A stretch of DNA of 64,000 nucleotides from an uncultured Verrucomicrobiae bacterium (GCA_963707025.1 CAVPOM010000010.1:128001-192000), one strand, 5' to 3'; counted from the stretch's first letter, positions 19,921 to 30,560 are shown. Made by a program: numbers and translations. Notes: a model not told the origin generated them from the sequence alone.

Positions 19921-22179
19921 ATGCTGACAAAAAGAATGATTTTCCATTGCGCCGGTGGATTGATTGCGGCTCTGATGTTGATGGCCGCGCCTGAGATGCA
20001 TGCCCGGCAATCCACGCCGGACCGCGGCACTCCCACCGCCAACGCGACCCCAACCAATGCGCCGGGAACCAATGTCGTGGCCGGTGGCAGAGGCCGGCGT
20101 GGCGGCGGATTTGGCCGCGGCGCGCAAGCCGACGGCCCGACCACCGCCTTTGGCACGCCGGGCCTCGAGCTTAAACCGTTTTTGATGGATCACCGCCACG
20201 CGGCGGATTCGCTGATTGATCTTTCCTTTTTGCTGGAGGCTCCCGCCGGGAAAGATGGATTTCTTCGCGCCAACGGGGCGCACCTGGTCACCGGCGACGG
20301 GAAGCCCATCCGGTTTTGGGGGTTCAACATCACCGAATGGAGCCGCGGCTCGGTCGAAATTCCGCCCAAAGAGGACGCCGCCATCTGGGCGTCGGCCCTG
20401 GCCCGATCCGGCGCCAACATCGTCCGTCTCCAATTTCTTGACTTGGACGCGCCGCGCGGCCTGCTCGACGGCACGCGCCCGGACAGCCAGCACTTCAATC
20501 TGGCGCAGCTCGACAACGAAGATTACTTTCTGGCCGAGGTGATGAAGCGGGGGATTTACGTGGATTTCAACCTCAACGTCGGCCGCGCCTTCAAGCCGGG
20601 CGACCAGGTTCCGGTGACGCGCGAAGGCAAGGGGCCGCTGCTGTTCGACAAGCGGCTGATCGAATTGGAAAAGGATTATGCGCGGCAGTTGCTCACGCAC
20701 CTCAACCCCTACACGAAGAAGACCTATGTGGACGATCCCGGCATCGCCATTGTGGAGATTGTCAACGAGGACGCGATCTACCTCGGTTGGAGCGGCAACA
20801 ACGCCTACGACCAGGAACTGACCGATTTGTTTAATGCGTGGCTGGTCAAAAACGTCAGCGCGGCGAAGCTGGCCGAGTTCCGCCAGGCGGCGGGTGTGGG
20901 CACGAACGATCCGGTGCCGCGGCTCAAGGGTCCGGCGCTGCGCACGGCCGCCCGGGAGCGGTATTACACCGAGTGCCGTTTTTTCTCCGATTTGGAATCG
21001 GGCTTTTTCAAGGAGATGAGCGCCTATCTGCGGCAAACCCTGGGCGTGAAATGCCTGCTCATCGCCACCGCCGACCACAGTCATTCCGGGAGCGGCTACG
21101 GGCTGGAGCAGGACACGCAGCAGTTGGACATCGTGGATGGCCACACCTACTGGCAGCATCCGGGCGACCGGCTCTACCACCACGCGCCCATGGTCAATGA
21201 TCCTTTCAATTCGACGGTCGCCGAACTTTCGCGCACGGCCCTGGCGGGCAAGCCCTACACGGTCAGCGAAGTCAACAATCCGTTCCCCAACCAGTTTGCC
21301 TGCGAGGGGATCCCGATACTGGCGGCTTACGGCGGCTTTTTGGACTGGGACGGCATCATGTGGTACACGTTCGAGCCGAAACGCAGCGCCGACTGGAAAC
21401 CGGTGTTGAGCGAGCCGTTCGACATGTCGCTCGATCCGGTCAAGATGACGCAGATGGCGGCCGGGGCCTTGATGTTCCTGCGCGGCGATCTGGAGCGCGC
21501 CCGGGAAACGGTGGCGCGCTCCTACAGTTGGGAAGAGGTGGCGGACAGCCGGCTGCTGGCCGGCACCAACCGGCCCTACTTCACACCGGGTTTCCCAATG
21601 TCGGTCCCGCTGCTGCACGGCTCGCGCATCGCCTCTCTGGAGGGCAAGCCGGCCGGCCCCATCCAGGCGGATTTGGCCGGCCCTTACCGGAGCGACACCG
21701 GCCAGTTGGTGTGGTACGCCGGCAAAAACGAAACGGGCCTGGTGACGATTGACAGCCCGCGTTCGCAAGGTTTGGTGGGATACGTCAAGGCCAACGCCCA
21801 GAGCGTGAGCCATCTCTCCGCCGATGTTTCCAATGACTTCTGCGCCATCGTCCTTAATTCACTGGATGCCCGGCCCATTGCCCAAACGGGGCGGATGCTC
21901 CTGACCACCGGCTCGCGCGTGGAGAACACCGGCCTGACCTGGAACGCCGGGAAATCACGCACCGCCGAGGGCGGAACATCGCCGACCTTGATCGAACCGG
22001 TGACCGGCGTCATCACCCTGCGCGATCTGGCCGGGGCCAGGCGCGTGTCCGCCAAAGCCCTGGACGGCTCCGGTCATGCCATGGGCGCACCGATCCTGGC
22101 CAAGCCGGCCGGGGCGGGCTGGGAGATTCCGGTCGGCCAGATTGTCACGCCCTGGTATGAGGTGACGGTGGAGAGGTGA
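19921..22179 (+). CDS. Secreted clan GH-A-like glycoside hydrolase
   Basis: Signal peptide; RFWGFN, HLNPYT...DDPGIAIVEIVNE, PYTVSE. Confidence 0.7.
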   Translation: MLTKRMIFHCAGGLIAALMLMAAPEMHARQSTPDRGTPTANATPTNAPGTNVVAGGRGRRGGGFGRGAQADGPTTAFGTPGLELKPFLMDHRHAADSLIDLSFLLEAPAGKDGFLRANGAHLVTGDGKPIRFWGFNITEWSRGSVEIPPKEDAAIWASALARSGANIVRLQFLDLDAPRGLLDGTRPDSQHFNLAQLDNEDYFLAEVMKRGIYVDFNLNVGRAFKPGDQVPVTREGKGPLLFDKRLIELEKDYARQLLTHLNPYTKKTYVDDPGIAIVEIVNEDAIYLGWSGNNAYDQELTDLFNAWLVKNVSAAKLAEFRQAAGVGTNDPVPRLKGPALRTAARERYYTECRFFSDLESGFFKEMSAYLRQTLGVKCLLIATADHSHSGSGYGLEQDTQQLDIVDGHTYWQHPGDRLYHHAPMVNDPFNSTVAELSRTALAGKPYTVSEVNNPFPNQFACEGIPILAAYGGFLDWDGIMWYTFEPKRSADWKPVLSEPFDMSLDPVKMTQMAAGALMFLRGDLERARETVARSYSWEEVADSRLLAGTNRPYFTPGFPMSVPLLHGSRIASLEGKPAGPIQADLAGPYRSDTGQLVWYAGKNETGLVTIDSPRSQGLVGYVKANAQSVSHLSADVSNDFCAIVLNSLDARPIAQTGRMLLTTGSRVENTGLTWNAGKSRTAEGGTSPTLIEPVTGVITLRDLAGARRVSAKALDGSGHAMGAPILAKPAGAGWEIPVGQIVTPWYEVTVER

Positions 22180-22334
22180 GGGCCGGTTGGCAAACACAAG
22201 TTAGGGCGGAGTCAGACAATGAGAAGGCCCGCCGGCGGTGGCGGGCCTCCTTGCTCCAGGCAGGACCCGCTCCGGCCATTGGCAGGAGCGGTCCTTCGGG
22301 ACGGTTAGTTGACAGGGACGGTGAAATTTCCGGG

Positions 22335-23357
22335 CTAGAAACCAGTTATCGTGAGGATGTTGCTGGGCGCGGACTGGTTGCCAAACTGGTCAACCGCAAC
22401 AACCCAAACTTGCGCCGGCAGGGTTGCGTTGCCGTGCGGGAATATATACACCTGCGAGGTTTGGCCGACGGAGGTGTCAGGAAAATCCAACACTCCATCA
22501 ATATAGATATTATATTGGATGTCCGCTTGCGGCTCGTTGACCGACGTCGAGGGGTTCCACGAAATGATGGCTTCGCCGCCGCCATCGCCCCATCCGGTCA
22601 GGCCGGTTGGAGTGGTCGGAGCGTTGGGAGGCGGGGTGATTGTGGCTGGCGCCGTCGTCACGGTGACGGGCTGGCTCGTGGTGGAGAGTGCCCCCGTTGT
22701 GCCGTTCAAGCTATAGGCAGTGACCGTGATGGCATAAGTGTAGCCGGGCCACAGACCCGTGGTTGTCGAGGTTGTGGAACTTGTGGAACCGCCACTTAAC
22801 GAGATGCCATTGACAGCGACTGCATATGAGCCGATCTCATCGGCAGGCGTCGCTTCCGTCCACGACACGGTGATGGTATTGGAGGTCGCGCTGGTTGCCG
22901 TGATCACTGGCGCGGCCGGTTTGACGGGTGTCGGCAGTGGAGTCCCGGCCAGCGTCACCGTGACTTCCGGACTGGGCGCCGAGGCTTGGTTGCCCGAAAC
23001 CGCAATGATGTGGAAGGAATAAGTGCCGCCCGCCTCCACCCCAACCGTCCAGGTAAACCGGGTGACGTTGCCGACGTTTTCGATAAACCCTTGCGTATCG
23101 TTTTGAATCTCGTAAACAAGACTCCCGCCTGACCCCGGCGTGGAAGCGTTCCAAGCGAACGAGACGCTGTTGCTGGTGACCGCGGTGACATGAAAATTGC
23201 CCGGTGTTGATGGCGGTGTGGGTTTTCTGAAGCCGAAGGCCGAGGCGGAAAGCGGTTCCAGAAGCCAGGCGGCTGCGATTAACGCGGCGATTCCGGCTGT
23301 TAATCCCGCCGCGTTCCCCCGGGAGTGAGTTCTCTGAATTGATCCATTCGCAAACAT
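22335..23357 (-). CDS. Secreted fibronectin type III repeat protein
   Basis: Three FN3-like repeats (PSTPGNF..VSFAWNAS; ITVSWT; AIISWNPS..GNQSAPSN). Confidence 0.85.
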   Translation of the reverse strand: MFANGSIQRTHSRGNAAGLTAGIAALIAAAWLLEPLSASAFGFRKPTPPSTPGNFHVTAVTSNSVSFAWNASTPGSGGSLVYEIQNDTQGFIENVGNVTRFTWTVGVEAGGTYSFHIIAVSGNQASAPSPEVTVTLAGTPLPTPVKPAAPVITATSATSNTITVSWTEATPADEIGSYAVAVNGISLSGGSTSSTTSTTTGLWPGYTYAITVTAYSLNGTTGALSTTSQPVTVTTAPATITPPPNAPTTPTGLTGWGDGGGEAIISWNPSTSVNEPQADIQYNIYIDGVLDFPDTSVGQTSQVYIFPHGNATLPAQVWVVAVDQFGNQSAPSNILTITGF

Positions 23358-23568
23358 AGTATAATACCTTTCATGGCGAATATTTTAGGCGCCCAAGACC
23401 GGGGAATCCGGTCTTGCACCGGCCTGGCCGCCTCGCCGACGGACATCCGCTGGGTAAGAGGAACCAGCCGCCCAAAAGTTCCCGCGATCTTTGCAAAACG
23501 GCTAGGCCTTCGGATCAGGATTAAGATCCGGCGAGGCAAAGGACCGCCAAAAAAGCAATGGGCGCCCG

Positions 23569-24533
23569 TCAGCGGGGGATGGCGACCTGCTGGAGGATTT
23601 TTTGGATGACTTCGACGACGCTCACGCCTTCGATTTCGAATTCGGGGCGCAGGATCAAGCGATGCTCCAGCACGGGAGAGGCCATGGCTTTGATGTCGTC
23701 GGGGGTGACGAAATCGCGGCCGGCGATGGCGGCGGCGGCGCGGCTGGCCAGGAGGAGGGACTGGGTGGCGCGGGGCCGGCCCCCACCAGGACGCTCTCGT
23801 GCCGGCGCGAGGCGCGGACGATGTCAACAATATAAGCGAGGAGTTCGTCGCGGACCAGGACCAGGGCGAGCTGGCCGCGCAAGGCCGCCAACGTTTCGGC
23901 GGAGAGGGTCTGGCGGACGGCGCCGGAGGCGAGGGCGGCTTCGGGGGAGTCCTGGCCGAGCATGCGTTTGGCCAGGGTAAGCTCTTCGTCGCGTTCGGGG
24001 ACGTTCATGGTGATTTTGAGCATGAAGCGGTCTTTTTGGGCCTCTGGCAGGGGATAGGTTCCCTCGTATTCGATGGGATTCTGGGTGGCGAAAACGGTAA
24101 AGTTGGCGGAGAGGGGATGGGTTTCCCGATCAATGCTGACCTGGCGTTCCTGCATGGCCTGGAGGAGGGCAGATTGGGTTTTGGCGGGGGCGCGGTTGAT
24201 TTCGTCGGCCAGGAGGAAGTCGGTGAAGACGGGTCCTTTGATGAGGGCGAATTCGTTGCGCTGCAGGTTGAAGACGTGAGTGCCGGTGATGTCGGCGGGC
24301 ATGAGGTCGGGGGTGAATTGGATGCGGCCGAAATCGCAGCCCAGGACGCGGGCCAGGGTGCGGACGAGGAGGGTTTTGGCGACGCCGGGGACGCCTTCAA
24401 TGAGGGCGTGGTGGCCGGTGAAGATGGGGATGAGGGCCTTGTCAATAACATCGGACTGGCCGATGATGACTTTGGCGACTTCGAGCCGGGCGGCGGCGAG
24501 GGCTTCCTTAAGCTGGTCAACGTTGGGGTTCAT
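23569..24533 (-). CDS. MoxR-family AAA+ ATPase with apparent 1-bp deletion at ~23773
   Basis: EGVPGVAKT, RIQFTPDLMPAD, LADEINRAPAK, ATQNPIE. The conserved tail (RATQSLL...DFVTPDDIK...EHRLIL...VAIPR*) is in another frame. Confidence 0.9.
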
Positions 24534-24623
24534 GGGGGGCGGCAATGGAGTGGTGGAGTGTTGGGTTGGTGGATGGGAGGAATGGGACGGATGGGACTAA
24601 TGGCACGGATGGTTACTTGGGCG

Positions 24624-25877
24624 CTATTTTCGTTCGGTTAAGATTCTTTGGATGGTTTGCCAGGTTTCGACGGGGTGGCGGGAAAGGGGCGGACGGGACC
24701 TTTCTTCCTCCATGATTTTTTCGATGGCGGCAAGGCGGGCGGCGGCGCGCGGCTGGCGGGCGCAGGCCGATTTCCACTCGGCAAAGCAGGTGAACAGGAT
24801 GTCGGCCGGAGAAATGCCGCGGCGCAAGAGGCTGGCAAAACCGGCGCTGGCCTCCTTGCCCTGCACCAGGGCGGCGGAGCCTTCGTCCGGCTGGCCGGGG
24901 GGCGGCGGGACGAGCGGGAGGCTGTTTTTCCAGATGAACAGGCCGGCGATGAGGGCCAGGGCCAGGAGCACGCCCTGCAAATGGTACTGGCGCATGAGAC
25001 CGGCCACGCCGGGGCGCTCCTCCACGCCCAGGTGGGTTTCGTCAAATATAATGTCGCGCCGGGCTTCCACCAGCCAGGCCAGCAGTTCGGCGTGGCGCTC
25101 GCGGCGGAGGGCTTCGTTGCTCAGAAAAAAGGAGTCGGTGGCGAGGACCAGAGATCCCGGGCCGTAGGCGCGCTGGAGGATGACGGGATGATTTTTTCGC
25201 TGGTAAAGGGTCTGCCAATTGGTGTCCAGCACCTCAAAATAGGCGCCGCTGTGCCAGGAGATCAGAGGGGGCAAGCCGGGCGGGGCGTGGACGGCTTGGG
25301 CCAGTTCGGAGCGGCTGTGGCCGTGCTCATCCAGGGAGAGGTCGTCGTATTGCAGGCCCAGGCCGGTTTTGGCCAGGAGGGAAACCAGTTGGAGCGGCAG
25401 CGCCGGGCTGGCATTGGTGTCGTCGCGCCAAGGGGGCCGGCGACTGGCCGGCGGCCGGGCCGGGGGCGGCAAGGAGTTGGTGAACAACAAGCCCAATTCC
25501 TGGGCCTGGTTGGCGAAGGGCAGCAGGGAAATGACGACGCGCCCGCCGCGCAAGAGAAAATTCTGGAGGGTGTTGTCGTCCTCCGGGGACAAGGAATCCA
25601 GGTCCCGGCGGGTCGTGCCCAGGAGAAAGAGGACGCGCTGCGGATCGCCCTGGAGTTTGGCGGAGGACTGGAAGAAACGGGTGACGGACAGGCCGGGGAG
25701 ATTTTGCAGAGCCTGGTAGAAGGCCTTGACGCCGAGGGGGTCGGTGCGGAGGGAGGAATAAGGGGGATAAATGTCGCCGGCGTCGAAGCGCATTTGAAAA
25801 AGCCAGACCAGGCCGAGGACGAAACCGGCCAAGGAGAAGGCGAGGAAGGCGGGCAAAATGTAGCGGGATTTCAACAT
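24624..25877 (-). CDS. DUF4350-like membrane protein
   Basis: YSSLRTDPLGVKA, IIFDETHLG; two TM segments; adjacent to MoxR. Confidence 0.7.
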   Translation of the reverse strand: MLKSRYILPAFLAFSLAGFVLGLVWLFQMRFDAGDIYPPYSSLRTDPLGVKAFYQALQNLPGLSVTRFFQSSAKLQGDPQRVLFLLGTTRRDLDSLSPEDDNTLQNFLLRGGRVVISLLPFANQAQELGLLFTNSLPPPARPPASRRPPWRDDTNASPALPLQLVSLLAKTGLGLQYDDLSLDEHGHSRSELAQAVHAPPGLPPLISWHSGAYFEVLDTNWQTLYQRKNHPVILQRAYGPGSLVLATDSFFLSNEALRRERHAELLAWLVEARRDIIFDETHLGVEERPGVAGLMRQYHLQGVLLALALIAGLFIWKNSLPLVPPPPGQPDEGSAALVQGKEASAGFASLLRRGISPADILFTCFAEWKSACARQPRAAARLAAIEKIMEEERSRPPLSRHPVETWQTIQRILTERK

Positions 25878-26830
25878 GCGCGGATGCGGGCGAGGTTGGC
25901 TTGAAAATCCAGCAGGGCTTCCCGGGTGACTTCGCGCAGGCCGTACCAGGCGTGGTCGAAGGCGGCGACGTTTTGGCTGAAGGCGCTTTGCACTTCGGGG
26001 GCGGCGCGGGCGCGGCGGCGCAATTCCGATTCGTATTCGCGGTTGGATTTGAAGATGGCGATGGAAATCATCCCGCGGGCGGCCAGGTGGGCGAGGCCGG
26101 CCAGATAAAAGGCGCGCAAGGCCAGGCGCAGATTTCCTTCCTGCATCAGGTCGCGGGCCAGGCTCAGCCAGCCGTCTTCGGGCAATTGGTCGGGGGCCAC
26201 GTTTTCATCGGTTAAATCCGGCCGGGCGGCCACCGGCTCGGCAACGAGGATGTTGGGGCGGCGGCGGCGGTCGTAAGCGCGAAAAACCAGGACGGCCAGG
26301 AAACCGAGCAGGACTGAGATGAGCAGGAGCAGGAGGATTTGCAGGGAGTAGATCAAGCGGGAACCCCAACCGGACAAACCCGGCTGGCCGGAGAAGGAAC
26401 CGGGCCACAGTTTGAGCAGCATTCTTCCCACCCACTGCAGCGAGACGCGCAGACCGTGGGCGGCGGCTTTGACGGCGTCGCGCACCACGTCAACCACGAA
26501 CTGGGCGGCGCGGGCCAGCCAGCCTTTTTCTGCATCTGACGCCACCGGTTTTTCGCGCGGCATGCGCCAGGCAAACTGGCGTTGTTGCAGGACCCGGTCA
26601 ATGGCCAGGCTGAGTTGCTCCGGGGAAACGGCGTTGCTGGTTGTAGTTGACAGAGCAGGCGCCCCGGCCGGCGCGGCGGCGGAGACCCGGGTTGGGCAGA
26701 AAAAGAGTGTCAGGACGGCAAAGGCCGCGAGAAAGCAATTCTGCAAGATGCGCCCGGCGGGACGCCGCGCGCGGCGGGCCAGGAGGCCCGCGCTCCCCAA
26801 ACCAGGGTCAAATGCGCAACGGAATTTCAT
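25871..26830 (-). CDS. DUF4129-like membrane protein
   Basis: RLALRAFYLA..L, KSNREY, FDHAWYG; ATGA coupling. Confidence 0.7.
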   Translation of the reverse strand: MKFRCAFDPGLGSAGLLARRARRPAGRILQNCFLAAFAVLTLFFCPTRVSAAAPAGAPALSTTTSNAVSPEQLSLAIDRVLQQRQFAWRMPREKPVASDAEKGWLARAAQFVVDVVRDAVKAAAHGLRVSLQWVGRMLLKLWPGSFSGQPGLSGWGSRLIYSLQILLLLLISVLLGFLAVLVFRAYDRRRRPNILVAEPVAARPDLTDENVAPDQLPEDGWLSLARDLMQEGNLRLALRAFYLAGLAHLAARGMISIAIFKSNREYESELRRRARAAPEVQSAFSQNVAAFDHAWYGLREVTREALLDFQANLARIRAC

Positions 26831-27669
26831 GGCCGTGATGCCAGGAGAGCGGGCGCGCCGGGTGAAGGCGGGCGCAGGCCGGCCAGTTCCGCTTTCAAGT
26901 CGTCGCCGGAACGAACGGATTGGCCGTAGAAACAGCGGAGGACAAAAACGGTCTTGATCAAGGGATCCACGAACAGATAGGCCAGGGCGAAGGAACAAGC
27001 CAGATAAGTGGTGTTCAGGACGCTGAACCGGCCAGCCTGGGTGAAGGCGGTGTCAACGCCCAACAAGGTTTTGAGCAGGCCGGGCAGCGCGGCCATGGCC
27101 ACCATGGTGTTGAGCCAGACCAGGAAGGCAAAGAGAAAGAGCACGGCCAGCAGAAGAAGATTCTGGCCGAGGCGCAGTCCCGCCTGGAGGGCGGCGGTTT
27201 TGCAAGTCTCCCCCAGACCGCCCGGTTCGCCGCCCGCGGCGGTGAGGTTCTGGTAGAAGCTGTAAACCCAGACGAAAGGGAAAATGGTGACCAGGGCCAG
27301 CGGCACGACGAACAGGCCGGAGGGTTGCAGCGCCATTTGCGTCAGGGCCAGCCGTCCGGCCCGCCGGGCGGTCCACGGCTCGGCGGCGCGGCCGGCGACG
27401 CGCGCGCGCAGGGCGGCGGCGAAGAGGGCCTGCCAGCATTTCATCCACAAGAAAAGCAGTCCCAGGCCGGCGGCGCCGGCCGCGGCATGTTCGCGGGCAA
27501 AAGCGCCGCGGCTCATGTCGGCCCAAAAATAAAGGAAGGCCAGGAGGAAAGGAAGGGTGCCGACGGCATAGGGCGCCAGGAGACGCAGCGGCGCGGAGCG
27601 GAGGAGGTGGACGGCTTGTTCGATCAATTCGAACAGGCCAATGCCCGGCTGGCGGTCGGACGGTTTCAT
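26827..27669 (-). CDS. Multi-pass membrane protein
   Basis: Several hydrophobic helices; C-terminal RSGDDL; ATGA coupling. Confidence 0.75.
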   Translation of the reverse strand: MKPSDRQPGIGLFELIEQAVHLLRSAPLRLLAPYAVGTLPFLLAFLYFWADMSRGAFAREHAAAGAAGLGLLFLWMKCWQALFAAALRARVAGRAAEPWTARRAGRLALTQMALQPSGLFVVPLALVTIFPFVWVYSFYQNLTAAGGEPGGLGETCKTAALQAGLRLGQNLLLLAVLFLFAFLVWLNTMVAMAALPGLLKTLLGVDTAFTQAGRFSVLNTTYLACSFALAYLFVDPLIKTVFVLRCFYGQSVRSGDDLKAELAGLRPPSPGAPALLASRP

Positions 27670-27992
27670 GGCACCGTACTCCAAAAAGAGGTCCAGAGCG
27701 CGTTATCGTGGTAGGAGGGCGGAATAGAGAGCAGGATTTGGCCGACCCAATAAAAGTAAAGCACGGCGGTCAACAGGCCGGCGAAACTCAGACCCGCCCG
27801 GCCCAGGGCGCGCAGAGGCTGGCGGCCCGCGCCGGCCGACTGGGAGAGCTGGCGCAAACAGACGGCGCAGAGGATGCGGTCGTCGTGCTCGGTGATGCAC
27901 TCGCGACAGAAGAACCGGCGGCATTGGGGGCACTGGGCGGCGGCCTCGCGGGCGGGATGATTGAGGCAATGTTGTTGGGCCAGGGGCAGCAT
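27666..27992 (-). CDS. B-box-like zinc finger membrane protein
   Basis: CLNHP...CPQCRRFFCREC...LCAVC plus one TM. Confidence 0.75.
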   Translation of the reverse strand: MLPLAQQHCLNHPAREAAAQCPQCRRFFCRECITEHDDRILCAVCLRQLSQSAGAGRQPLRALGRAGLSFAGLLTAVLYFYWVGQILLSIPPSYHDNALWTSFWSTVP

Positions 27993-27996
27993 GGGG

Positions 27997-28668
27997 CTAG
28001 GAAGTTTCCGCGGCGGAGGATTGGGATTGGCGGAGGATCTCCTCTTCGAGGCGGGCTTTGAGTTCCACCTGGGACAACTCGCCTTGCGCCTCCAGCAGGC
28101 GGGGACGGATCATGGCCATGCCTTTGCGCGCGGCCCGCATGCGGTTCCAGGCGGCCAATTGTTCGGTCTGCACGGCGGTTTTAATCTGCGTGACACAGGT
28201 TGACCCGCGCCACAGGCTGAGCAGGAAAAGAAAAAGGAAGAAGCCGCCGATCAAGGCGGTGACAATCCTGCCGGCGGGGTCCGAAATGTCCCCCGCCCAC
28301 AGGAAAAAGCCGAGCGCGAGAATGACGAGGATGATGTTGCCGACCAGGGAGGTGACGGTCTTGCGAGTGATGATGGCCTGGATGTCGCGGAAGTAGAAGC
28401 GCTTGTATTTTTCCGTATAACCGGTGCGCAGAATCAACAACAGGTGGTCCTGGGCCATCCAGACCGTGCAGAGGGCGCGGGAGGTGGCATACCACTTGTT
28501 TCCTTCCATGAGCGAGCCGCGTCCGGGCAGGCGCCGGTATTCTTTGCCTGCCTTGCGCGCATCGGAGGATGGACCAGGGGCATTGGGGTCAACCAGAGGT
28601 TGGCCGTCAAGATCACAGACCGACGCATCGTCTGGGAATTCTTTACCGCAATAAGGGCATTTTTTCAT
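27997..28668 (-). CDS. Zinc-ribbon membrane protein
   Basis: MKKCPYCG; YTEKYKRFYFRDIQAI; two TM. Confidence 0.75.
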   Translation of the reverse strand: MKKCPYCGKEFPDDASVCDLDGQPLVDPNAPGPSSDARKAGKEYRRLPGRGSLMEGNKWYATSRALCTVWMAQDHLLLILRTGYTEKYKRFYFRDIQAIITRKTVTSLVGNIILVILALGFFLWAGDISDPAGRIVTALIGGFFLFLFLLSLWRGSTCVTQIKTAVQTEQLAAWNRMRAARKGMAMIRPRLLEAQGELSQVELKARLEEEILRQSQSSAAETS

Positions 28669-28834
28669 GCGCGTCGGTTTTGCCTTTTAAGGCCGAAGCC
28701 ATAGCTGCGCAAGCGGGGTTAAAAGAGTCTGTTGCACGATCTGCGGGTGAGTCTGGGCAAATTCCGGATTTTTGCGAGCTTTTTCCCTGGCGGAGTTTAC
28801 CGTGCAAGCCGGCGACAGTATTTGGGAAAGCGCT

Positions 28835-29413
28835 CTAATCCTTTTTGGTAATCAGGAAGACAATGAAAATCACCCAGCCCACACACTCCAGCAGGGCCAG
28901 CAGCCCGGCCGCGGCAAAGGCCAGGTTGGATTTGCCGGTGATGCTGCAAGGAGCCTTGCGATAACGCACGACGAGATAAAGGGCATAGGGCGCGCCGATG
29001 AACGATGGCCAGAAGCAGAGCAGCGGAAAAAGGGCCACGGCCAGGGCGATGTGGTCCCACAACACGCGGGTGTTTTCCAAGTCCTTGAACTTGGATTTTT
29101 TTTGGCCGGTTTCCAGGCAGGCGGGGCAGAGATGGCGTCCGTTCAACTCCAAATCGCACAGCCCGCAAAGAAACCGGCCGCAGCCGTCGCAGACAATGGA
29201 GGCTTTTTTGGCGGGATGATAAAAGCAACTGGACTGGCCCTGGACCAGGAGCGGTTCGGCGGCGGCGGCGGAAGGGGTTTGCAGAATGGCGGGAAAAACC
29301 TCGACGGCCAGGGGGGCCTCGCAGGAGGGGCAGGGAAAGAATTGGCCGGTGTTAAAGTGTTCCGGGAAAAGAATCGCCTGGCATTTGCCGCACTTGACCA
29401 GGCTGGATTCCAT
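28835..29413 (-). CDS. B-box-like zinc finger membrane protein
   Basis: CGKC..CPSC; CFYHP..CDGCGRFLCGLC..HLCPAC; C-terminal TMs. Confidence 0.75.
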   Translation of the reverse strand: MESSLVKCGKCQAILFPEHFNTGQFFPCPSCEAPLAVEVFPAILQTPSAAAAEPLLVQGQSSCFYHPAKKASIVCDGCGRFLCGLCDLELNGRHLCPACLETGQKKSKFKDLENTRVLWDHIALAVALFPLLCFWPSFIGAPYALYLVVRYRKAPCSITGKSNLAFAAAGLLALLECVGWVIFIVFLITKKD

Positions 29414-29421
29414 TGGCGCGA

Positions 29422-30174
29422 TTAGATTCGAATGACGCGCGTGTTGCAGATGCGGTCATGCAAGGCGCGCTTCTCCGGGTCCCAACAGACCATGAGATAG
29501 CCAATGCAAAGAGTGAAGATGGCGCTGACATATTCCGCGGCAAAAAAGCGGCCCAGCGCCTTGGCATAGCTGACCTTGGAGCCATCCGGGTTGACGATGC
29601 GCAGTTTGGCGGACATTTTACCCGGGGTGGCTCCATACTTGCCGACAAACAGCGTGTAATAAGAACCGCCCAGCACAAGTCCCACCACCGTCCTGGCCCA
29701 CAAGGGCGCGGCGAACAGAGGCAGGCCCATTTGCTGGGCGATGAAATACTGGGCCACCAGCGCCGGCACGGCGACGATAAGGCCGTCCAAGAATTTGGCG
29801 CCGAACCGGACCCAAAAGCCGGCGTAAACCATGCCGCCTGGCAACGCCACGCCTTCCTTGAGTTTTTGGAGGAAAACCGGTTTGCAGTCAGCGCAGATGA
29901 ACTGGTTGCCGTGGCGGATGACTTCCTCGGGCGGGAAGGCCCGTCCGCATTCGGCGCAGAGCACCTGGCCGGGCGGGGCCGAGACGGCGCCGGCCATGCG
30001 CAGGGGCGCTCCGGCCGGAGGGCCAACGACCTGGGCGTAGGGCAGCCACTCGGCCATGCCTTCGCGCCAGACCAGGGTGTCGTGGCGCACGGTGCCGCCC
30101 CGCACCAGGGCCTCGAAGTCGGCGTCGGTGACCGGCCCTCTCTGCTCGGAGCCTTCAAGATAGTGCCAGCTCAT
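29422..30174 (-). CDS. RDD-family protein with N-terminal GYF_2 domain and Zn ribbon
   Basis: WHY..GPV..TLVWREGMAEW; CAEC..CADC; AGFWVRFGAKFLDG; KRALHDRICNTRV. Confidence 0.88.
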   Translation of the reverse strand: MSWHYLEGSEQRGPVTDADFEALVRGGTVRHDTLVWREGMAEWLPYAQVVGPPAGAPLRMAGAVSAPPGQVLCAECGRAFPPEEVIRHGNQFICADCKPVFLQKLKEGVALPGGMVYAGFWVRFGAKFLDGLIVAVPALVAQYFIAQQMGLPLFAAPLWARTVVGLVLGGSYYTLFVGKYGATPGKMSAKLRIVNPDGSKVSYAKALGRFFAAEYVSAIFTLCIGYLMVCWDPEKRALHDRICNTRVIRI

Positions 30175-30297
30175 AAAATGGATGGGTCTTGCTCGTGTCG
30201 GCGGCCAGCCTGTTGGTTGCGGGCGAAAAAGTAAAGCCTGTTCTGAGGCGAATTGAGGAAGCGCACGTCAAATTTGGCGGCGGCGGTTTCTGGTTTC

Positions 30298-30398
30298 TCT
30301 TAATCTTAATCATAATCTTAATCCTAATCTCTCCCATGCGTCGAAGAAGATTAGGATTAAGATTAAGATTAAGATTAGGATTAGGATTAAGAATAAGA
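30298..30398. repeat. Inverted hexamer microsatellite (TAATCY)n...(GATTAR)n
   Basis: Visible directly; single-arm copies at ~51560-51608 and ~54940-54974. Confidence 0.85.
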
Positions 30399-30560
30399 AC
30401 CGGAGACCGTCCGCCCAAAAACTGAGATGCGCCCCTTGACGGGGAAAGGCGCAAGGAACGCTTGCGCGGAGGGCGGCCCGGGGGTATGAGATTCTGCCGC
30501 AGTGACCGCGAGCTTTCAACCGCGGTTTGTTCAGGAAAACTTAAACGGAAAGCATTTATT

